Shown: positions 39,175 to 49,303 of the stretch, piece after piece
Numbering within the stretch: the first letter of the stretch is position 1
Layout: each line of letters opens with the position of its first letter
Source of the DNA: Candidatus Bathyarchaeia archaeon
Lineage (GTDB): Archaea; Thermoproteota; Bathyarchaeia; Bathyarchaeales; Bathycorpusculaceae
NCBI GenBank assembly: GCA_050010755.1
Contig: JBEKKK010000001.1
Span: forward strand, 32,001-96,000
Direction: 5' to 3'
Length of the DNA: 64,000 nucleotides
The notes under the pieces: generated by a model
What the model saw: the letters and a program-made list of their open reading frames with translations, nothing else
Told to the model about the DNA's origin: nothing
Database searches by the model: none
Translations under genes and position numbers: made by a program

Positions 39175-40104
39175 TTGAGGCTGAGTCCCGTAGATATACT
39201 CAGGGGCTTGGTCATAGCCCTGATGGTGCTAGCCAATAATGGAGTTTTCGCAGAAAGTGATTGGAACGGCCTAATGCTGGCTGATTGTATTTTCCCGACT
39301 TTCATCTTCGTAGTGGGTGTGGCCATTCCTTTTTCCAGGCAGTCCAAACTAAGGATAACGAGGAGAACGGTTGTGCTCTTTCTGTTAGGTTTTGCCCTGA
39401 CTACTAACTGGACGTTTGTAGTGGAAGGCTATGGCAGCTTTAGACTGCTCGGCGTGCTCCAGAGAATAGCATTGTGTTACCTCTTTGCCTCCATCGCCTA
39501 TTTTTACGTAAAGTCCAAGCGTGCGCGCCTAGTTTTAGTGGCAGCCATCCTCGTAGGCTACTGGATAGTGATGGCGCAAGCTCCTCTCACTCAGGCCGGC
39601 AACTTGGCAGCTCAAATAGACAGAGCTTTGATCGGGCCCAGCCACATGTACAACGGTTTATGGGACCCTGAGGGACTGCTCAGCACGTTACCCGCCATAG
39701 CTACGTGCCTCATCGGAGTAGCCGTTGGAGAAAGCCTGAGAGACAAAAAACCAATAACCAATTTGGTCAACGTGGGCCTATTAGCTATACTGGCCGGCGC
39801 AGCGTGGAGCATAGTCTTTCCAATCAACAAATCCCTCTGGACCAGCTCGTTCGTCCTAGTGGTGGCGGGCATAGGCATGCTAAGCCTAGTTGTTCTGTCA
39901 TTTACAAATGAACGTCTGAACCTTCCACTGACTGCCCTAGGCTCAAATGCAATCACAATCTACTGTCTCAATTCAATAGTAAACATCTACCTGAGTCCAT
40001 ATATTCTCTTAGAGGACAACTTACAACGCTCTCTACTAATCCTAGCAGCCTGGCTGCTACTCAGCTATGCCTTATACAAAAAGAGAATATTCATCAGAGT
40101 CTAA
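39175..40104 (+). CDS. Heparan-alpha-glucosaminide N-acetyltransferase-like (HGSNAT/NagX) membrane protein
   Basis: DILRG, AD.IFP.F.F.VG, GVLQRIA, DPEGLLST, PINK.LWT.SF. Confidence 0.88.
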   Translation: MRLSPVDILRGLVIALMVLANNGVFAESDWNGLMLADCIFPTFIFVVGVAIPFSRQSKLRITRRTVVLFLLGFALTTNWTFVVEGYGSFRLLGVLQRIALCYLFASIAYFYVKSKRARLVLVAAILVGYWIVMAQAPLTQAGNLAAQIDRALIGPSHMYNGLWDPEGLLSTLPAIATCLIGVAVGESLRDKKPITNLVNVGLLAILAGAAWSIVFPINKSLWTSSFVLVVAGIGMLSLVVLSFTNERLNLPLTALGSNAITIYCLNSIVNIYLSPYILLEDNLQRSLLILAAWLLLSYALYKKRIFIRV

Positions 40105-40168
40105 CGCGCGCCATTTATTTGCTATCTTTATCCTTGACGATAGCAGAAAGAAAAAGCGCGCGGGCGAG

Positions 40169-41518
40169 CTAGCTAAGCCGCTTTGGATTTTTTCTTCTTT
40201 TACAAGCAAAAAAAATGATGCCCATAGATAACATCGGTATTAAGATAAAAGGAAATGATATGGGTATTTCAGGCACTGTGTTTTCGTTTGGAAAGTCGGC
40301 AAGTGTTCCGTTGTAAACTGTCCCGTTGTCTCGTATGGGTGCGCGGTATTCTCCTCCTCCAAGGCCATCTATCGTGAAATTTAGGCTGTCGTCAACGCAG
40401 TTGCTGGGGATTTTAGATAATGAGAAATCGCTTAAGTCAGGTTGGAAGGTGCTGTTCAGAAACTTGTCCGGGCTTTGTTCATCATAGTTTATGTAGCTGA
40501 CAACTTCTCCATTGACCCGAGCAACTCGTTTGCTTTGATTGTAAAACCATTCAATAGACTCGTTATCATAGGGCGAGCGAAAGTTTACGGTGTAAGTTGG
40601 GGTCGATGCATACTCATTCTTGAATGCGGTTGTGATGTCTTGGAGGGCCCAAAAATTATAGTTTCGCGTGGACAGCAGAGTCTGAATCCAATCTTCCACC
40701 GATCCTTCAACGCCGTTGCTGTAATGCTCCACCCATTCAAATTGAACAGAGGCGAACGCAAACGGTTCCTCTCCTCCCAACGACGCGTCTATGAGATTGA
40801 GAAAGTAGTTTTTGGCCACGGATGTGTCTCCATTGAAGAAGTCTATCAACGAAAGAATATGGGTGTGTAGGTTGTGGCTTACGGTGAAACTGCTTACCCA
40901 ATCCCACACCTGATGAGGAAACACAACCATGCCGCCACTAACATTATTCGGCACTAAAACATGATTTTCCGAGGCATAGTAAGGCAGCTGCCAGCCGCCT
41001 CGTTCCGTCATCCAATCAATCGAGTATTGATCGAAACAGTAACCAGTCACATATTCAAAGCCCTTACTCAGGCAATAGTTCATCGTGTAAGTGTCGGGTT
41101 GGAAATCAAAAATGCCCTTCGGAGCATACCCAACAACATTGATCCACTCATCAATTATTCCATCAATTATACTTCTGCGTTGTTCAAGACTATACTGTTG
41201 CATCATGAAGGTTTGAGGAATCAAAACACCATAAGCCTTCAACGCATCAAGCCGCGTTTGATTTAGAAGCCAGTAATCGCTCATGTTTTGCCCATACCAT
41301 TGGTCGTTTACTACGGCAAACGTGAAGTTATGAAAGTTCAACTGCTGAAGCCAAGCGATTAAAGGATCTGCATATTCTGGTTGGTCAAGGATGATAAGTA
41401 AACTAACAAACTTCGGCTGCACTTCAGCATGAACTGGGGCTAGACAAACCGAAAATATCAGAGCCAAAATTAACAGAGTTGCCTTCAACATGTTTTCACT
41501 TTCTAAATAATCTGACAT
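40169..41518 (-). CDS. Secreted glycan-active barrel protein (DUF3863/deacetylase-like) with PEF-CTERM-like anchor
   Basis: Signal peptide; DQYSIDW.T..GG...PYY; ends VPEIP-TM-KRRK. Confidence 0.55.
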   Translation of the reverse strand: MSDYLESENMLKATLLILALIFSVCLAPVHAEVQPKFVSLLIILDQPEYADPLIAWLQQLNFHNFTFAVVNDQWYGQNMSDYWLLNQTRLDALKAYGVLIPQTFMMQQYSLEQRRSIIDGIIDEWINVVGYAPKGIFDFQPDTYTMNYCLSKGFEYVTGYCFDQYSIDWMTERGGWQLPYYASENHVLVPNNVSGGMVVFPHQVWDWVSSFTVSHNLHTHILSLIDFFNGDTSVAKNYFLNLIDASLGGEEPFAFASVQFEWVEHYSNGVEGSVEDWIQTLLSTRNYNFWALQDITTAFKNEYASTPTYTVNFRSPYDNESIEWFYNQSKRVARVNGEVVSYINYDEQSPDKFLNSTFQPDLSDFSLSKIPSNCVDDSLNFTIDGLGGGEYRAPIRDNGTVYNGTLADFPNENTVPEIPISFPFILIPMLSMGIIFFACKRRKNPKRLS

Positions 41519-41698
41519 TTCCGTACTACCTCTACTTTAGTTTTTTCATGTTTTCATCTGTGCGAGCGCTCATTTTTTGGGCCCTCAGTGATCTTCTGAT
41601 GCTGTGTTGCCATGCAGGTTTTCTCTCTTACCGACTGCTGTACAAGGGTAAGGAGCGCGGGTGCCAGATTATCGCTTTTCCATTAATGTTGTTGGAGC

Positions 41699-42406
41699 TT
41701 ATTTGAGCGCTACAATTAGCTGGTGGTGTGAGAAAGGAAGCAGAACATTTGTGCTTAACGGTATTGGAATGAATTCTTTTCTGAGAAAACTTTTGAGGAA
41801 GGGTGCGCCCAGAAAACCATTATGGAAAGGAAGGAGCACGAAGCTACCGAAACCGGATGTCTCCATCGATTTTTCCAGGTCCTTCCTGCTCATCAAACCC
41901 ACATGATAAGGATTCTTGAGCGAAGTATATCTTACTAGGTGGAATCCCACTTTTGTGAGAAAGCTTTCTTTGTCTGGTGTCACTGCGATGAAAGGTTTTT
42001 TCTGTTTTAGGACACGGAAAATCTCGTCAAGACACTTGCCGGGTTTTGGCATATGTTCTATCGTGTAAACCGCAAGGACTGCATCAAACGCATCATTCTT
42101 GAACGGAAGCATTTCTCCGTCCAATCTTGTTCTTTCGATTTTTGCAGCGGCCCTCAGTGCTGTTAGCGATATATCGCTTCCAATTGCGTGATAACCGTTA
42201 CGGCTTAACATATTGGTGAAGTAACCTTTTGAACAACCGATCTCAAGCACGGTTCCCTTCTTCGTATACTTTTTCAGCAGTTTCATTAAACCACAGAATA
42301 GCCACTGCTTGTATTCATCAAGGTCATAAAGTTTCAACCATCTGTCCAAGTAATGCTCATGCATTTTCTTGATGATTATATCGCCTTGTTCAACTTGTTT
42401 GTTCAT
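41699..42406 (-). CDS. Class I SAM methyltransferase
   Basis: VLEIGCSKG, LPF, IEH, P.H. Confidence 0.85.
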   Translation of the reverse strand: MNKQVEQGDIIIKKMHEHYLDRWLKLYDLDEYKQWLFCGLMKLLKKYTKKGTVLEIGCSKGYFTNMLSRNGYHAIGSDISLTALRAAAKIERTRLDGEMLPFKNDAFDAVLAVYTIEHMPKPGKCLDEIFRVLKQKKPFIAVTPDKESFLTKVGFHLVRYTSLKNPYHVGLMSRKDLEKSMETSGFGSFVLLPFHNGFLGAPFLKSFLRKEFIPIPLSTNVLLPFSHHQLIVALK

Positions 42407-42479
42407 GTCTTACCAATCTTCAGTTCTTTCATCGGACATTATCCGGAGTCTATTCGAAGTCATATGATAATCCTTCCCT

Positions 42480-43397
42480 TCACGCGCGCTCAACTGTTAG
42501 AGCATTTGTCATTAATCCCATCGCCACCGAGACATATTCTAGGCTTTTCAGAAGCAAAAGTCCCAGTGCGAGTGTTGGTTTTTCAAAAAACCTTCGATTC
42601 TTCAAAAACAACCATGCACGATAGAATATACTTGTCTGATGATGTGCATATGGAGAACGCTTCAGGTAAATCTCCGCAGTTTTTCCATAGTAATATTTTT
42701 CCCTCAACCAATCCGTCAGTTTGAGATCTTCTTCGTGGTGTAGAATGAAGGACTTTACACCCTGCTTGACGTTGAGCTGCATCGCTTCAATCTTTTGAGG
42801 AAGAATGCTCTCTTCGTAGAATTCAATTTCCTCGTCAAATCCTCCGACCAGCAGCACTAAGTCCTTTTTGAAGAATCTTGCTGATTCGACTTCTGTTTTT
42901 GAATAGAAGCTTCTCTCGAAGTCTCTAACCTTGACCCAATAACTGCTGCCTATGCTCCTCTCGGGTATAGTTAGCCCTCCTAGGGTCGCATCGTTTTCCA
43001 TCATTTCTACGCATTCCTCAACGACTTTTGATTGCAGTTCCATGTCCGAATCTAGAAAGAGAAGATATTTTCCATCAGCTACGTTTGCTCCGCAATTCTT
43101 TGCTCTGGCTCTCTCTGACTTGACCAAGAGAACTCGGGCACCATGTCTCTTCGCCACCTCTTCCGTTCTGTCTGTTGAGTGATTGTCAATGACAATAACT
43201 TCTATGTTCTCATAGGTCTGCTGCCTTATGGACCTTGAACATTGCTCGAAAAACCTCTCAGAATTGATAGTCGGAATCACAACAGAAACCAGAGGTTCAT
43301 CCTTCACCAGCTGCGCCCTCCAGCGCGGTGGCGCGTTAATTTTCTCTTGAGGTTCAGTTTCCTCTCTACCCCTCAGCATTCTTATGATGTTATCCAA
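42480..43397 (-). CDS. GT2 glycosyltransferase
   Basis: VSVVIPT, DNHSTD, LDSD, GGFDE; paralog of 35074-35907. Confidence 0.88.
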   Translation of the reverse strand: MDNIIRMLRGREETEPQEKINAPPRWRAQLVKDEPLVSVVIPTINSERFFEQCSRSIRQQTYENIEVIVIDNHSTDRTEEVAKRHGARVLLVKSERARAKNCGANVADGKYLLFLDSDMELQSKVVEECVEMMENDATLGGLTIPERSIGSSYWVKVRDFERSFYSKTEVESARFFKKDLVLLVGGFDEEIEFYEESILPQKIEAMQLNVKQGVKSFILHHEEDLKLTDWLREKYYYGKTAEIYLKRSPYAHHQTSIFYRAWLFLKNRRFFEKPTLALGLLLLKSLEYVSVAMGLMTNALTVERA

Positions 43398-43442
43398 ATA
43401 ACTAATTTTCGTTTAACGCGCATTCTTGTAGCGCGAGCAGGA

Positions 43443-45344
43443 TTACAGCTGGGGGAAGCTTGGCGTGGCCCGAAGGCATTGGATACAAAAGCGCGCGCGT
43501 TTTGCTCTAGGTGGAGACATGCGAAAAGAGGGTGTTTTGCTCGTTCTCGTCGGCCTTTTCTTTTTTATGAAAATTGCCGATAGTGTTGCCAGCCCGAATA
43601 ACGATAGAATTTGGAACGATGGGAACTCTGGTATGGTCACTTGCGTTGAATTGTGATAAGTGAAGTACAGATAGCTTTGGGTGCTGTTTGATTCTTGCAG
43701 CAGGGTGTACGGTATTTCTGCTGCGTTGACGAAGATTGTGAATGTTTCGTTCATGATGGCTGTTGGAAGCGAGATTCTGCAGAAGCCAGTAGTGCCGTTT
43801 TCACCCGTAGCGTTGAAGCTTATCGCGGTACCGTTGAACTGAAAATCGGATATCGTAGAGTTGGAGATGACTTGAACATGGTATTGCGAGTTTGCGTTGA
43901 AATCAGAAAACATTCCCATCAAAGGAAAATTGTCCCAATTGCTGCTGTCGATAATATAGGGTGTATCACCTATTCCGTCGCTTCCAGTTTCGTTCTGGTA
44001 TCGCCCAGTTTTCAAGTCCGTTCCGTTGTAGTCGCTCCAATAGTTACCGCCATGAAGATAACGGTCGTCCCAAATGTTTGCTGAGTCGCTAGTTGAATAA
44101 ACTTGGACGTCATTGTTGATAAAGTTGTTATGGAAAATGGTGTTGTTTGAAGAAGAAAAAAGTCCTATACCATGCCCGTAGTTTGCTGTTATTGTGTTTT
44201 CAAAAATACTGTTATTGTTTGAACTGGAGTCAAACCCGACGCCATAGCCGTTGTTTGCTATGTAATTTCCAGAAATACTGTTATTTAAAGAGACGTAAAG
44301 CCCTACGCCATAGACGTTGTTTGCTGCTATGTTGTTTTCATTAATACTATTGTTCGCGGAAGAATCAAGGCGTACACCGTTCCAGTTATTGGCTGTTATG
44401 TCGTTTCCACTAACGCTGTTGCCTGAAGAATTGTCAAGGTAGGTACCATACGCGTTGTTTGCAGTTATGTTGTTTCCACTAATGGTGCTGTTCAAAGAAG
44501 AGTCAAAGTGGATTCCATCCCAGTTGTTTGCTGTTATGTTGTTTCCATTAATACAGTTGTTTGAAGAAGAGTCAATGTGGATACCGTAAGCGTTGTTTTC
44601 TTCTATATCGTTTCCAGTTATGGTGTTGTTCGAAGAAGAACCGAGTGTGACGCCATCACCGTTGTTTGCTGTTATGTTGTTTTCGCTGACAGTGTTGTTT
44701 ACAGAATAATCGAGCCCAAATCCCCCGACATTGTTAGTCATGTTGTTTCCGCTGACACAGTTGTTTGCGGAGTTGTAAAGATAGACGCCATGGCCGCCGT
44801 TTGCTGTTATGTTGTTTCCACTAACCGTGGTGTTCGCAGAATAATCGAGTCTGATGCCATACCCGTAGTTTGCCGTTATGTTGTTTCCATACACGGCGTT
44901 GTTCACTGAATAATCGAGCACAACGCTCCCGACATTGTTCACTACATCGTTTCCATTTGTGGCCCTATTTGAAGAGTTTTCCAAGTAGACGCCATAGTCA
45001 AAATTCTCTATGTTTGTGTTTTTTATTGTTACGTTGTTCATGTTGACTAGGTCTATTCCAGTGCCGCTTCCCTTTCCCGTCACAGTGTAGCCTGCCCCGT
45101 TCAAAACAATGTTGTCCCTCTCAACAACAATTCCATCCGCTTCGCCGGTGATGTTACCCGTCAAGGTATACGTATTGTCGTCTGTAGTATGGATCGGGGT
45201 TGTCCCAGGGTCTATCGAGCCGTCTGGCCGTATGTAAACTGTTCCAGAATCAGCCTTGACAACCTGAGTCAAAGCCGTCGTTGTTGACGATAACGAAAGC
45301 AAACACAGAACTGCAACCAAAACAAGAACAGCCTTGTTCATCAA
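43443..45344 (-). CDS. NosD/CASH parallel beta-helix surface protein with PEF-CTERM
   Basis: Signal peptide; ~23-aa repeats NNITANN..G..L..S; GGNYWSDY..DGIGDTPY; IPEFP-TM-KKKR. Confidence 0.85.
   Translation of the reverse strand: MMNKAVLVLVAVLCLLSLSSTTTALTQVVKADSGTVYIRPDGSIDPGTTPIHTTDDNTYTLTGNITGEADGIVVERDNIVLNGAGYTVTGKGSGTGIDLVNMNNVTIKNTNIENFDYGVYLENSSNRATNGNDVVNNVGSVVLDYSVNNAVYGNNITANYGYGIRLDYSANTTVSGNNITANGGHGVYLYNSANNCVSGNNMTNNVGGFGLDYSVNNTVSENNITANNGDGVTLGSSSNNTITGNDIEENNAYGIHIDSSSNNCINGNNITANNWDGIHFDSSLNSTISGNNITANNAYGTYLDNSSGNSVSGNDITANNWNGVRLDSSANNSINENNIAANNVYGVGLYVSLNNSISGNYIANNGYGVGFDSSSNNNSIFENTITANYGHGIGLFSSSNNTIFHNNFINNDVQVYSTSDSANIWDDRYLHGGNYWSDYNGTDLKTGRYQNETGSDGIGDTPYIIDSSNWDNFPLMGMFSDFNANSQYHVQVISNSTISDFQFNGTAISFNATGENGTTGFCRISLPTAIMNETFTIFVNAAEIPYTLLQESNSTQSYLYFTYHNSTQVTIPEFPSFQILSLFGLATLSAIFIKKKRPTRTSKTPSFRMSPPRAKRARFCIQCLRATPSFPQL
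44140..44960. repeat. ~69-bp degenerate tandem repeats encoding beta-helix coils
   Basis: Recurrent GTTGTTTGCTGTTATGTTGTTTCC; about a dozen units. Confidence 0.8.
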
Positions 45345-45619
45345 ACGTCACTTCTGTAAATGATCTAGGGACTGATTGAATAAGTTCTTAATGTTTGCGG
45401 AAAAATGCTCAAATGAAATCGTGAACCAAGATGAGCCATGGCTACCGCCGAATTTCCGACAAAAGGCGGCGGGTAGGGTTACTTACGCTCGCAATGTCGG
45501 ACCCGGGACCGCTCAAAAGTCGAAATCAACACTATTTGCGGCAACACCAACGCAAAGAGCAATGAGGCCGCTGCAAAAACAGAATTTTATTCTAGAATAT
45601 TCACGGTACGAAGATTCAC

Positions 45620-45650
45620 AAAAAATGTGGAAAAAAGAAAGAAAAGAGGA
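45620..45650 (-). terminator. Oligo-U terminator after the S-layer gene
   Basis: Minus strand TCCTCTTTTCTTTCTTTTTTTCCACATTTTTT immediately after the stop. Confidence 0.6.
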
Positions 45651-45657
45651 TTTGCTT

Positions 45658-48087
45658 TTAGTTGAAGTCTACCTTTGCTGTTGAGCTTGTGGGGAGCTTC
45701 TGGTACCACCAAACGTGCACTGGACCAATTATTGGCAGCGCTGTTGGTGTAACCGTACCTGTCCATGTTAGTGCGTGGTTCTGGTCGAATGCGCCTGCGC
45801 CGCTAAAGGTCGTGTATGCATTAGTGCCGAATTCCGTTATGGTTCCCAAGGCCTTTACGATTGTGAAGGCGGTCGGTTCGCTATTTGGTCCCGTGTATGT
45901 CATCTGAAGTATCAGAGACACTGTTCCTGCTGGTAAGCCTGCACTCGTTGCTGTTGTGTTTCCGAAGAGGTATTGAGAAGCCCATGCTGCGGCCCAGTAT
46001 GTGTCTCTACCGTTCCAGCCGTATATTGACAGACCTCGTGTTCCGTTGACATCGTGAACCAAGCTGATGACTGCGTAGTTTGCAGTGTAGCCGAACGTTG
46101 TTGTGGCAACGTTCCAGGTTGAGATCGGGAAGAAGTCCAATGTCTTCATGGTTGCATCGCTTGTCGGCGCTGTTCCTGTTACTGTTCCGCCATGTACATA
46201 TGCGTAGTAGCTGCCACTTGTTCCTTCTCTGTCAATCGCGACGCCGAAGTCGTTGAAGTACCTTGTGATTTGATTGGCCTTGCCGCCGCCTAAGCTAAGA
46301 ATACCATTGGGACTGTAGCTCACGATTGGGGAGGATGTGCTTACGAATGGAGTAGGCCATGCTTGGGTTAAGGGATTTATTGATGGTAGCCAATAGTCGC
46401 TGTCATTATCGTAGCCTCCTGCAATCGGTTGGTACGGATAGGCTGATTCTGAGAATTCCTCGTTTGCTTGGGGTACGTAGTCAAGAAGTCCTCCTCGCTT
46501 GTAGGTCGTCGTGTCCGAGCCAGTTCCTGCGCCGCTGTTGCTGAAAGTCTGGTAGTAGTTGCCGGTGAATGGGTCTAGGCCGAATGGAATGCTTAATCCC
46601 GGATCGTTTTTGTCGAAGAGTGCGAGGGCTGTCACGTTTGTGCCGTAGACGCTTCCCAAGAAGCTTGCGCCCGCGCTGTCGGTTGTAGCTGAAGTTTGTC
46701 CTAGGGCGGTGTACATGAACGGGGTCGATGCTGCCGATGCTGTCCTCAATGTGTTAAGATCCATCGGGTTGAACACGCTGTTTAGCGTGTACAAAACTTC
46801 GGTGTCCAGTTGGTTCACATTGTACGTTGGGTCGTTAGCGTCCTTGGCTCCGTGTGGATCAGTGTTGAAATCAGTCATGCCGAGGACCGCTACGAACCTC
46901 ATTTCCCTTTGTGCTCCCTTGGCAAGCCAGGTGTCAAGGTTTGGATAGGCTGTGTTGTTGTATCGCCACTGAGTAATCACCCATGGGGTGCTAGGCTCCT
47001 TGGGACTTGATGGCGGTCCTGGCAGGTCCGCGATGGCGGTGCCAAACGGAAGGTTATCCACGAAGTTACCCGTTGGATTCGGAAGCAGTTGACTGTATAC
47101 AGTGTACTCGGTGGTGTTCGGCCAATAGCCTGCAAAGAATATGTTATCCTTGCCTACGTCGTAGGCTTGCAGCACGTCGTAAGTGCTTGCTCCCGTTATT
47201 GGGTACTGATAAACCGTGCTGTTAGCGTTGTGGTAGTAGTGAACGAAAGCTGCGTTTGAAGGGTTCAGATTCGCCGCAATGTCAAGCTCGTACCTGTTGC
47301 TGAAGGCGAAGTCGTTTATCAGGTCTAATATCTTCGGTTCAAGCAGTATCTTCACGTCATAGTCGACGATAGCATACTTCATGTCTTTGTAGAAGTTAAT
47401 CGTTACGAAAACTTCTGCAACATCTTCATTGTAGAATGCGTCATGGATTATTGTTCCCGTTCTTACAACGACAAGTCTGGCACTGTCATATAGTATTTCC
47501 ACGCCTGTGGGATTCAATGTACATACAGTAAGACTGGCGCCCACATCAGCAGGGTTGTAATTACCGTACCAGCTGTAGGCCGCTCTTGCGCCTTCAGTAA
47601 CGGAGGTGTTGCTGTACATTGCCCAAGCTTCCACCGCCCTCATAACTCCCTGTCTTGTGTAATTCAGGTAGAAGGTCCACCCTTGGATCTCGAGCTGCGG
47701 CGGAATCAATGGGTTAGAGCTTGCCCACGATTCTGTGAGATTCCAGTCGCTGTTGTTTGCTCCGTATGCAATGCCAGCGCTTGCCGGCGTTGCCATTTCA
47801 CCGTATTCCGTCAGACCGACTCTGAGGCTCTTGCCAGCATTGTAATAATCAGCACTCGGCAATTGAGCTGCATACAGGCCATTCGCGGTTGCCCATTGGT
47901 TTACCATGTATGAATACTGCATACTGGAATAGGCGTCGCTTCCTGCTGTACCCTCTAAAACGACATAGTTAGCTCCTGCGCCTGATAGTCCACTTCGAAA
48001 AGCCATTGTTGGTGCCATAATCGAACATAGTATCACTAAAGCTGTAAGTATCGCAACAATAGTCTTAATAGGATTGTCTATTTTCAA
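45658..48087 (-). CDS. Probable S-layer glycoprotein
   Basis: Signal peptide, Thr/Asn-rich with many N-x-S/T sequons. ILSLGGGKAN and GWNGRDT..AA resemble the ILVGGPxAN / G.DR..T..AA motifs of Methanococcus/Thermococcus S-layer proteins. Sits beside the glycosylation genes. Confidence 0.7.
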   Translation of the reverse strand: MKIDNPIKTIVAILTALVILCSIMAPTMAFRSGLSGAGANYVVLEGTAGSDAYSSMQYSYMVNQWATANGLYAAQLPSADYYNAGKSLRVGLTEYGEMATPASAGIAYGANNSDWNLTESWASSNPLIPPQLEIQGWTFYLNYTRQGVMRAVEAWAMYSNTSVTEGARAAYSWYGNYNPADVGASLTVCTLNPTGVEILYDSARLVVVRTGTIIHDAFYNEDVAEVFVTINFYKDMKYAIVDYDVKILLEPKILDLINDFAFSNRYELDIAANLNPSNAAFVHYYHNANSTVYQYPITGASTYDVLQAYDVGKDNIFFAGYWPNTTEYTVYSQLLPNPTGNFVDNLPFGTAIADLPGPPSSPKEPSTPWVITQWRYNNTAYPNLDTWLAKGAQREMRFVAVLGMTDFNTDPHGAKDANDPTYNVNQLDTEVLYTLNSVFNPMDLNTLRTASAASTPFMYTALGQTSATTDSAGASFLGSVYGTNVTALALFDKNDPGLSIPFGLDPFTGNYYQTFSNSGAGTGSDTTTYKRGGLLDYVPQANEEFSESAYPYQPIAGGYDNDSDYWLPSINPLTQAWPTPFVSTSSPIVSYSPNGILSLGGGKANQITRYFNDFGVAIDREGTSGSYYAYVHGGTVTGTAPTSDATMKTLDFFPISTWNVATTTFGYTANYAVISLVHDVNGTRGLSIYGWNGRDTYWAAAWASQYLFGNTTATSAGLPAGTVSLILQMTYTGPNSEPTAFTIVKALGTITEFGTNAYTTFSGAGAFDQNHALTWTGTVTPTALPIIGPVHVWWYQKLPTSSTAKVDFN

Positions 48088-48352
48088 TTTTTCATTCCTC
48101 TCAAATTTTTTTCGTCCTTCTATATGTCTTAGCTAATCCGTTTAAAAGTCTTTCCCCACCAAGAAAAGAGAAATAGGCACGTGCGCTCCCTTCTTTAGCC
48201 ATCGTTTCCGCCATAGACACCAAACCGAAATCAAAAATCTAAAAAAATTTAAAGCGACGCAAAAGAAAAAATGCGAACATGGGTCTTCGGAGTGCCGGCG
48301 CTGATTGAGCGCAACAATCTCCGTATTGACAGAAATGCAATGTTTTTTGGCT

Positions 48353-49141
48353 TTAAAGCACGTTTCGGAAAAGATCCTCCTTTCTCGAAATAAACACGTC
48401 ATCGATCCGACCCTTTTCCCGCGAGACCAGAGATTTGTCTAGCCCCCTCAAAACAACGACTGGTCTGGCCTCATCCCCTTGACCCATGATAAGCTCAGCT
48501 GCTGCCGCAATCTCATCAACGATTCCAACATTTTTGACTTTGAGAATCTGCCCGAAAAGATCAGTTTTTCCCCTGTAGTCCCTGAACGGACTGATACCTG
48601 CGACGCCTATCGCGAAATTCACTTGCCCCCGCCTGAATGGACGACTGTAAGTGTCGGACATCACTACCGCGACTTCTTTCCCAGTCGAATGTTGGATTCG
48701 CTTGGAGCACTCTTGCGCCGATCTGTCAGGGTTCTCGGGCAAAAGTGCGAACTCGTTTTTTCCCTGCACGTTCGACTTGTCTATCCCGGCGTTTATGCAC
48801 ACCAAGCCGCGAACGTCTTGGACGAGCAAAATCTCATGAGACGCTTTCAGCACCTTCTTAGTTTCCCTCAGAACCAGCTCCACAAACCTCGGATCTTTCC
48901 TAACGATCTTAGCCAGTCTTTGAGCCTTTCTCGAAACCGAAACATCTCCTAGGTTGATCACCCTTCCTTCGGCCTTCGAGAAAATCTTCTGGGCAACCAC
49001 AATCACATCCCCGTCTTCGAAACCCAGACCATTTTTGCCCGCAGTTTCAACGATGATCTTAGCCAAGTCGTCGCCCGACTGTATCAAAGGGAAACCTTCA
49101 AGAGCAAAACCCGTGAAACTCTTCAACGAATTTACCCTCAC
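48353..49141 (-). CDS. cofE: Coenzyme F420-0:L-glutamate ligase
   Basis: GDDL, K..SKAEG, NAGIDKSN, LLP.NPD.SA, SDT..RPFR.G, DE.A.AA. Confidence 0.92.
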   Translation of the reverse strand: MRVNSLKSFTGFALEGFPLIQSGDDLAKIIVETAGKNGLGFEDGDVIVVAQKIFSKAEGRVINLGDVSVSRKAQRLAKIVRKDPRFVELVLRETKKVLKASHEILLVQDVRGLVCINAGIDKSNVQGKNEFALLPENPDRSAQECSKRIQHSTGKEVAVVMSDTYSRPFRRGQVNFAIGVAGISPFRDYRGKTDLFGQILKVKNVGIVDEIAAAAELIMGQGDEARPVVVLRGLDKSLVSREKGRIDDVFISRKEDLFRNVL

Positions 49142-49303
49142 CGAACCCTACATTGCCCTTACACACTGTTAAAACTCTTTGCTCACATTGGCAAATCTGA
49201 CATGTGCATAAGGCTCAAGATTTCCAAGTTTGATTGCAAATTCATAATGCTTAAGCTCAGCACAGTCTGAGGATTAGAGCAAACCTAAATCCACAATGGA
49301 TGC

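Noticed and set aside
44140-44960. Regularly spaced repeats suggestive of CRISPR
   Set aside because: They are in-frame, degenerate codon-level repeats of a beta-helix protein, with no unique spacers and no cas genes.
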